This document shows, piece after piece, positions 58,147 through 64,000 of a stretch of DNA of 64,000 nt; positions within the stretch are counted from its first letter, which is position 1; the number at the start of each line of letters is the position of its first letter. The position numbers were made by a program, and so were the translations under genes. The stretch is from Occultella glacieicola (GTDB lineage: Bacteria; Actinomycetota; Actinomycetes; Actinomycetales; Beutenbergiaceae), in contig NZ_SMNA01000007.1 in the NCBI RefSeq assembly GCF_004353825.1, positions 124,001 through 188,000 on the forward strand, written 5' to 3'. The notes beneath the pieces are model-generated. The model did no database searches, was not told where the DNA came from, and saw only the letters and a list, made by a program, of their open reading frames with translations.

Positions 58147-59355
58147 TCAGGACAGCGGCTTGTGCGAGCCCGCGAGTGTCCCGGAGAGGAAGACCACGAC
58201 GCCGATCCCCAGGAGCAACCCCATCGACGCGGTCCAGGTGCCGGTCGCGGCGTAGAGCGCGCCGACGGCGACCGGCGCGAGCGCGGCGAGGCCGTAGCCG
58301 ACCGTCTGGGTCATGGCCGACACGCCGCGCACCTGCGCCACGCTCGTCGAGCGCAGCGTCACGAGGGTCATCGCCATGGCGAACGACGACCCCTGCGCGT
58401 ACCCGGTCACCACGCACCACACCCAGAACGCCCCCGGCGCCGCGAGCATCCCGCCGATGCCGATGAGCCAGGCGCTGAGGATGACCGCGATCAGGACGCG
58501 CCGGGCCCGCACCCGGGCCAGCAGCACTGGGGCCGTCAGCGTGCCGAGGATGCCGACGAGCTGGAAGGCGGAGGCCGCCGCACCGGCCGTGGCGGCGTCC
58601 GTGCCGGCGAGCTCCGGCAACATGCTGGGGAGCCAGGCCGTCATTCCGTAGAACAGCCCCGACTGCGTGCCGAAGTAGATCGCCAGCACCCAGGCGCTCG
58701 GCATCGACCACGGCCGGTGCGGGGGCTGCCCCGCCGGTGGGGCCGGCTCGGCTGGATGCGGAAGGCGGGCCCAGACGAGCGCGGCGACCAGGGCGAGCGC
58801 GGCCCAGGCGGCCAGTGCGGGCTGCCAGCCGAGCCAGAGGGCGAGCGGCACGGTCACGGCGGCCGCGATCGCGGCGCCGCCGGTGACCGACGAGGTCGAG
58901 ATCGCGGTCATCGGACCCTGGTGCGCGGGGAAGTCCCGGCGCACCACCACCGGGAGCAGCACATTGCCGGAGGTGATGGCCAGGCCGATCACCGCGGTCC
59001 CGGCGAGCAGCGCCCACGCCGGTCCCCACGGGCGGATCAGGGTCAGGGTGGCGATCACCAGCAGTCCGAAGACGATGACGCGGTCCACCCCGAACCGGCG
59101 CACCGCGGCGGCGATCAGGGGGGCCCCGACCGCGAAGCAGACGACCGGGAGGCTGGTGAGCAGCCCGGCGGTGGTCGGGTCGAGCCCCAGGTCGGACCGG
59201 ATGTCGGGAAGAACCGCGGCGAGCGAGGTGATCGGGGCGCGCAGGTTGATCCCCACGAGCACGAGCGCGGCGGCCAGCAGTAGACCGGGTCGGCCGCGCA
59301 GAACCTCCGCCGCGCTGCGTCGCCCGGACCGGGTCGGCGCAGGATCGGTGGTCAT
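58147..59355 (-). CDS. MFS transporter (CynX-like)
   Basis: INLRAPITS, GNVLLP and SAMTQTVGY motifs. Confidence 0.88.
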   Translation of the reverse strand: MTTDPAPTRSGRRSAAEVLRGRPGLLLAAALVLVGINLRAPITSLAAVLPDIRSDLGLDPTTAGLLTSLPVVCFAVGAPLIAAAVRRFGVDRVIVFGLLVIATLTLIRPWGPAWALLAGTAVIGLAITSGNVLLPVVVRRDFPAHQGPMTAISTSSVTGGAAIAAAVTVPLALWLGWQPALAAWAALALVAALVWARLPHPAEPAPPAGQPPHRPWSMPSAWVLAIYFGTQSGLFYGMTAWLPSMLPELAGTDAATAGAAASAFQLVGILGTLTAPVLLARVRARRVLIAVILSAWLIGIGGMLAAPGAFWVWCVVTGYAQGSSFAMAMTLVTLRSTSVAQVRGVSAMTQTVGYGLAALAPVAVGALYAATGTWTASMGLLLGIGVVVFLSGTLAGSHKPLS

Positions 59356-59515
59356 GGCGGTGACGCTAGACCGTTTCCGTCGTCGGCGTGGAATCGGTCC
59401 GTCTCGCGATCTGGGCGGACGGAACGATGCACGGATGCCGGGCGTTGGGGGATGTGTAGGGCAAAGGGAGTTGCGGGTCACCGCGGCGGCCCGAGCCGGC
59501 ACGAGACGAACGAGC

Positions 59516-60073
59516 ATGGGAGTAGACGTGGATGCCCTGGCGCAGGCCCGATCCGAGGTTCGTGGGATGGTTCCCGCCAGTTCGCTGACCGGCATCCTGG
59601 GGCTCACCGATGTCCTCGGACGGGTCGGGGAGGCCGGGATGGCCCTGACCCACAGGATCGAGACCGTGACCGGGATGCGGGCCGGCGAACTCCAGGTGCT
59701 GGTCGCGGTCGAGGACGGGGCCGAGCACCCGCGAGCCATCGCCGCCCTCACCGGGCAACTTCCTGAGGCCGCCGAGGTCACCGTCAAGGCCCTCGTCGCG
59801 CGAGGCCTGCTCGGCCGTCACGCCCACCCGGCGGACCCGTCCGGTGAGCCGGGCCTCGTGCATGTCACCCCGATGGGCACGGCGGCCCTCGAGCAGGCGG
59901 AGGCCGTTCAGATCCGGGTCGTGGACGCGCTCGCGCGCACGATCGGCGTGGAGCGGACCAAGGATCTGAGCCGCAATCTCACGGTCCTCGCCGACGTCCT
60001 CGAACACGGGAACGGGCTCGGCGGGCAGCCGCATCCCGACCGTCCCACGCACCTGCGCACGATCGAGGCCTGA
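59516..60073 (+). CDS. MarR-like winged-helix regulator
   Basis: ELQVLVAV...LVARGLL...VTPMG. Confidence 0.65.
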   Translation: MGVDVDALAQARSEVRGMVPASSLTGILGLTDVLGRVGEAGMALTHRIETVTGMRAGELQVLVAVEDGAEHPRAIAALTGQLPEAAEVTVKALVARGLLGRHAHPADPSGEPGLVHVTPMGTAALEQAEAVQIRVVDALARTIGVERTKDLSRNLTVLADVLEHGNGLGGQPHPDRPTHLRTIEA

Positions 60074-60095
60074 GGCGGAGACCGTTTGCCCGGAG

Positions 60096-60839
60096 TCAGC
60101 GGCCGGCGAGCCAGCCGGTGAGCCGGTCCGGGCGGTCGGTGATGATGCCGTCCACCCCCGCGTCGACCAGCGGCGCCCACTCCGCGGCAGTGTTCGGCGT
60201 CCAGACGTGCGCCTCCAGGCCGGCCTCGTGGATCCGGGCCAGCACTTCGGGTCGTTCGAGGATCAGGGTCGCGGGCGGGTTCAGGGCCACGACGCCCAGT
60301 TCGGCCGCGAGCTCCAGGGTGGCGTCGTCGAACTCGCTGATGAGCAGGCCCCGGCGCAGTTGCGGAGCCACCGCCTGCAGGGTGCGCAGCATCTCCACGG
60401 AGAAACCCTGGACCAGGACTCGGTCGTCGATCCCCGCCTCGGTGACCTCGGCGAGCAGCAACTTCGTCGGTTCGGCCGGCCAGGCGCCCTTGAGTTCGAG
60501 CAGCAGACCGAGGCCCCGGTGGCGCAGCAGCACCTCGACGACATCCGCGAACAGCGGCAACGCGGTGCCGGAGTAGGCGGGCGCGAACCACGAGCCCGCG
60601 TCGAGGTGACGCACCTCGGCGGCCCGGAGGGCGGCGACCGGGCCGGAACCGTCGGTCGTGCGGTCCACGGTGTCGTCGTGGATGACGATGCCGACGCCGT
60701 CCTCGGAGACCTGGACGTCGATCTCGATCAGGTCCGAGCCGCCGAGCGCGGCCGACTCGAAGGCGGGCAGGGTGTTCTCCGGAGCGACCGAGGAGTTACC
60801 CCGGTGCGCGATGATCAGTGGGCTCGTCGTGATGGGCAC
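60096..60839 (-). CDS. Glycerophosphodiester phosphodiesterase
   Basis: AHRG, PENT, EIDV, HD and GIITDRP motifs. Confidence 0.92.
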   Translation of the reverse strand: MPITTSPLIIAHRGNSSVAPENTLPAFESAALGGSDLIEIDVQVSEDGVGIVIHDDTVDRTTDGSGPVAALRAAEVRHLDAGSWFAPAYSGTALPLFADVVEVLLRHRGLGLLLELKGAWPAEPTKLLLAEVTEAGIDDRVLVQGFSVEMLRTLQAVAPQLRRGLLISEFDDATLELAAELGVVALNPPATLILERPEVLARIHEAGLEAHVWTPNTAAEWAPLVDAGVDGIITDRPDRLTGWLAGR

Positions 60840-61004
60840 CGGCCCAGCCTAATGGTCCAAGGGAGAACGCTCACCGACGGTTGAGGAAACGTTCACCGAC
60901 AATCGCAACGTGTGAATCAGGGCAAGGGCTTCCGGTGGCGCAAATACGACGGCCGTGCAAGGCTCGTGTGGAAACACATTCTTGAGCCACAGGGGATTCC
61001 AGCG

Positions 61005-62183
61005 ATGGATGCAGATCCGGCGACCGATGCCATAGGTGGCGTCGTGGTGCGCTGGCTGCGACGTGGCATCCTCGCCCTGGGCACCGCCACGGCAGGGGTC
61101 CTGATCGGCGCCGGAATCGCCGTGGCCGCGGCGGGGGAGCAGCCGGAGACTGGCTCCGAGGTGGCTGGCGGCTTGCTCGACGGGCCAGTCGGCCTCGTGC
61201 AGGAGATCGCCGCACCGGAGGACGTCGGCATCGAAGACGTTGTGTCGCGCGCGAGTGAGCCCGTGCTCGAAGTGCTCGAGCCGCTGGTCGCGGAGGTGGT
61301 CGAGCCGGTCGCCGAGCCTGTGGTCGCGGAGGTGGTCGAGCCGGTCGCCGAGCCGGTGGTTGCCGAGGTGGTCGAACCGGTGGTTGCCGAGGTGGTCGAA
61401 CCGGTGGTTGCCGAGGTGGTCGAACCGGTGGTTGCCGAGGTGGTCGAACCGGTGGTTGCCGAGGTGGTCGAACCCGTCACGGCGCCGATCCTGGACGAGG
61501 TGGCTCCGGTGACCGATCCGGTCGTCGACCACGTACTCGCCCCAGTGACGCAACCGGTGCTCGACACCGCGTCCTCAGTTCTCACCGGGATGACCGCACC
61601 TGTCCGCGCCGTGGTGGATCCGGTCCTGGACCCGATCCGTGAGCCCGTCCGTCACGTGCTCGACCTTGTGGGACGCGCTCCGGGCGGCGTCGTCGTGGAT
61701 GTGCTGGATCTTTCGACCCCGGTGGTGGGCGCCGTGATCGCGCCGGCGCCCGATGCGTCAGGTCCGCTCGCGGCGGCTCACGACCCGGCTGACCTGAACG
61801 ACGCGGCGGCGGTCCGCGGGCTCGGTCCGCCCGCCGTCGGCGTACTCCAGATGGCAGCGGGATCGGCCGATCTCGTCCCCGCACCGCAGTTGGTCGGGGA
61901 GTTCGTCGGTTCCAGTCCGCCGGGTGATCCGCCGTTGGTGGAACCTGCCGACACGCCTCGGTCGGCCGACGAGCCAGCGCGCGCACCGCTGCGCCAACTC
62001 GGCACCGCTCCCGGGAACGACCAGACCCCGTTGCCGACCAGCGCTCAGCCGCGCCCGGGCGAGGCCACGTCGGCGACAAGCATCGACGTGCAGCCGCGCG
62101 TTGGGCTCGTCGCGATCGATGGTGACGACATTGGTCCGCGGGTGAGCGCCGATCCGTTCGACATTCCTGTCTCGCCTGGGTGA
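61005..62183 (+). CDS. Secreted low-complexity Val/Pro/Glu-rich protein; candidate regulatory leader
   Basis: Signal-like RWLRRGILALG..AVAAA; EPVVAEVV repeats; ends ADPFDIPVSPG*. Confidence 0.7.
   Translation: MDADPATDAIGGVVVRWLRRGILALGTATAGVLIGAGIAVAAAGEQPETGSEVAGGLLDGPVGLVQEIAAPEDVGIEDVVSRASEPVLEVLEPLVAEVVEPVAEPVVAEVVEPVAEPVVAEVVEPVVAEVVEPVVAEVVEPVVAEVVEPVVAEVVEPVTAPILDEVAPVTDPVVDHVLAPVTQPVLDTASSVLTGMTAPVRAVVDPVLDPIREPVRHVLDLVGRAPGGVVVDVLDLSTPVVGAVIAPAPDASGPLAAAHDPADLNDAAAVRGLGPPAVGVLQMAAGSADLVPAPQLVGEFVGSSPPGDPPLVEPADTPRSADEPARAPLRQLGTAPGNDQTPLPTSAQPRPGEATSATSIDVQPRVGLVAIDGDDIGPRVSADPFDIPVSPG
61278..61469 (+). repeat. In-frame tandem repeat: 2 x 36 bp then 5 x 24 bp
   Basis: GA(A/G)CCGGTGGTTGCCGAGGTGGTC x5 at 61350-61469. 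Confidence 0.92.
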
Positions 62184-62262
62184 TCTGAGCCCCGTGAGCC
62201 CTGCTCACGTCGGCATTAACCCGAGCAACTTTCGGACATTTCAGATCATTCGAACAGGAGTG
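62162..62262 (+). promoter_or_regulatory. Predicted RNA structure sequestering the SD of the downstream gene
   Basis: CATTCCTGT (62162-70) pairs with ACAGGAGTG (62254-62); TGATCTGA (62181-88) pairs with TCAGATCA (62241-48). Confidence 0.6.
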
Positions 62263-62267
62263 GATTC

Positions 62268-63767
62268 ATGCATGCCATTGTGAGAACTGCATTACGCACA
62301 TTGATCGTGACCGGCGGTCTTGTCATAGCCGGTGCCGGCGCCGCGCAGGCGGCCGAGGGGGACCTGCTCGACGACCTGGCGGCGAGCGTCCAGGACACCG
62401 TCGGAGGTGACGTGATCACCGATGCCGTGGCGGACAACACGGTGACGGTGCCGGTCTCGATCCCGGTGACGGTCCGCGACATCGCGGTCGGAGTCGTCGG
62501 CGACTCCACAGTGAACTCCACGGAGGCCGATGCGAACCCCACGGCTCCCGCCGTGCCCCCATCCGAACCGGTGGAGGTCGTTGCGGAGCCCGCGGCGAGC
62601 GACGATGCCCTCGTCGAGGATGTGGCGGCGGACAATACGGTGACGGCGCCGATCAGCGTCCCGGTGAGCACCGACGATGTCGCGCTGGGGGTGCTGGGCG
62701 ACGCGGAGGTCTCTTCCTCGCAGGGGCAGGAGGAGGCGACGGCGGTCCAGGCAGCACCGGCGACCCCGGTGGACGTGGTCACCGGTGGTGATGGCGGTTC
62801 ATCTGACGCGGTAGCTTCCGATGAGGTGGCGTCTGATGTGGTGGCCGACAACACTGTGACGGCTCCGGTTGTGGTGCCGGTGACGGTCGGTGATGTGGCG
62901 CTGGCGGTCGTGGGTGATTCGGCTGTGGGTTCGACTGGTCCGAGTGCTCCGGCGGGTGCTGGTTCGGTGGACGTGGTCACCGGTGGTGACGAGGGTTCGT
63001 CTGACGCGGTGGCTTCGGACGCCGTGGCCTCTGATGTGGTGGCCGACAACACTGTGACGGCTCCGGTTGTGGTGCCGGTGACGGTCGGTGATGTGGCGCT
63101 GGCGGTCGGGGGTGATTCGGCTGTGGGTTCGACTGGTCCGAGTGCTCCGGCGGGTGCTGGTTCGGTGGACGTGGTCACCGGTGGTGATGGCGGTTCGTCT
63201 GACGCCGTGGCCTCTGATGTGGTGGCCGATAACACTGTGACGGCTCCGGTTGTGGTGCCGGTGACGGTCGGTGATGTGGCGCTGGCGGTCGTGGGTGATT
63301 CGGCTGTGGGTTCGACTGGTCCGAGTGCTCCGGCGGGTGCTGGTCCGGTGGACGTGGTCACCGGTGGTGACGAGGGCTCATCCGACGCCGTGGCCTCCGA
63401 TGAGGTGGCCTCTGATGTGGTGGCCGACAACACCGTGACGGCGCCGATCACCGTTCCGGTCACGGTCGGAGAGCTCGCGCTCGGCGTCGGTGGTGACTCC
63501 GCCGTGATCTCCACCGGAGCGACCATCCCGACCGAGCCGACGGTCTCGCCGCCGAGCCAGCCGGGCGCCCGATCCCCGCAGGGGCCGGTACCCGCTGCTC
63601 CGATCGGCGCGATGCCGTCGAACGCATCCGGCCCGGCAGCAACCGAGACCGGCGTTGTGCTCGCGGAGACCGGTCCGGTGTCCGCGGCCGCGGCGACCGG
63701 GCTCGCCCTGGTGCTCATCGTGCTCGGTGGCCTGCTCGTCGGATTCCGGACGTGCACCGGACGATGA
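62268..63767 (+). CDS. Sortase-anchored (LAETG) protein with six chaplin-like repeats
   Basis: Signal peptide ending AQA; DNTVT(A/V)P..VPV..G.VA..V.GDS-type motif x6; LAETG plus TM. Confidence 0.75.
   Translation: MHAIVRTALRTLIVTGGLVIAGAGAAQAAEGDLLDDLAASVQDTVGGDVITDAVADNTVTVPVSIPVTVRDIAVGVVGDSTVNSTEADANPTAPAVPPSEPVEVVAEPAASDDALVEDVAADNTVTAPISVPVSTDDVALGVLGDAEVSSSQGQEEATAVQAAPATPVDVVTGGDGGSSDAVASDEVASDVVADNTVTAPVVVPVTVGDVALAVVGDSAVGSTGPSAPAGAGSVDVVTGGDEGSSDAVASDAVASDVVADNTVTAPVVVPVTVGDVALAVGGDSAVGSTGPSAPAGAGSVDVVTGGDGGSSDAVASDVVADNTVTAPVVVPVTVGDVALAVVGDSAVGSTGPSAPAGAGPVDVVTGGDEGSSDAVASDEVASDVVADNTVTAPITVPVTVGELALGVGGDSAVISTGATIPTEPTVSPPSQPGARSPQGPVPAAPIGAMPSNASGPAATETGVVLAETGPVSAAAATGLALVLIVLGGLLVGFRTCTGR
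62769..63500 (+). repeat. Four near-identical intragenic repeats (periods 198, 198, 183 bp)
   Basis: GTGGACGTGGTCACCGGTGGTGA at 62769, 62967, 63165 and 63348. Confidence 0.9.
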
Positions 63768-63780
63768 CCGGTTCCCGAGG

Positions 63781-63811
63781 CCGCGACCGTGGGTCTCGCC
63801 CACGGTCGCGG
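63781..63811 (+). terminator. 13-bp hairpin
   Basis: CCGCGACCGTGGG-TCTCG-CCCACGGTCGCGG. Confidence 0.7.
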
Positions 63812-63916
63812 TCCGGCATGGGGACCTCTGGCCATCGCGTCGACGACGCGGCGTCGATACGGTGCCACGAGGGCCCGCGAGCGGCGGGACCCGGGTGCCG
63901 ATCCGTGGGGAGTCCT

Positions 63917-64000
63917 GTGGCGAGTGTTGAGGTGGTGCCGGCCGACCTCGCCGCTGCCGCCACGAGGCTCGAGGAGGCACGCGACGGCGTCGCGTCCCTG
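63917..64000 (+). CDS. 3'-partial ORF, possibly WXG100/type VII substrate-like
   Basis: GGGGAG RBS; VASVEVVPADLAAAATRLEEAR; only 28 codons visible. Confidence 0.35.
   Translation, partial: MASVEVVPADLAAAATRLEEARDGVASL

Noticed and set aside
61278..63500. Tandem repeats as a CRISPR array
   Set aside because: Units are contiguous, multiples of 3 and inside ORFs, with no unique spacers and no cas genes

Overview
High-GC actinobacterial chromosome segment; gene content suggests Micrococcales (inference). Bases 1-34.1 kb hold host genes: a stress-type cluster, nadE, a two-sulfatase sugar-ABC cassette, glucarate catabolism, a LigD-type polymerase and transporters. An apparently intact 15,841-bp minimal siphovirus prophage is integrated in tRNA-Arg(ACG) (attL core 34214-34253, attR core 50055-50094). 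Its attP lies inside the repressor gene. Integration turns a GAG codon into TAG and removes a 19-aa tail ending in -AA, which matches integration-dependent immunity. Unlike the canonical layout, two extra coupled genes sit between attP and the integrase. The prophage also carries a 16-aa hydrophobic micro-ORF whose strong Shine-Dalgarno (SD) can be sequestered by RNA pairing. Right of attR lie a BlaA/BlaB-like pair facing a Tat-exported MBL-fold hydrolase and two LAETG sortase substrates. At 61-63.8 kb, the last codons of a secreted low-complexity ORF can base-pair with the SD of a downstream chaplin-like gene, a secM/mifM-like layout and a candidate undescribed translational control system. 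All family calls come from motif recognition by eye; no searches were run.
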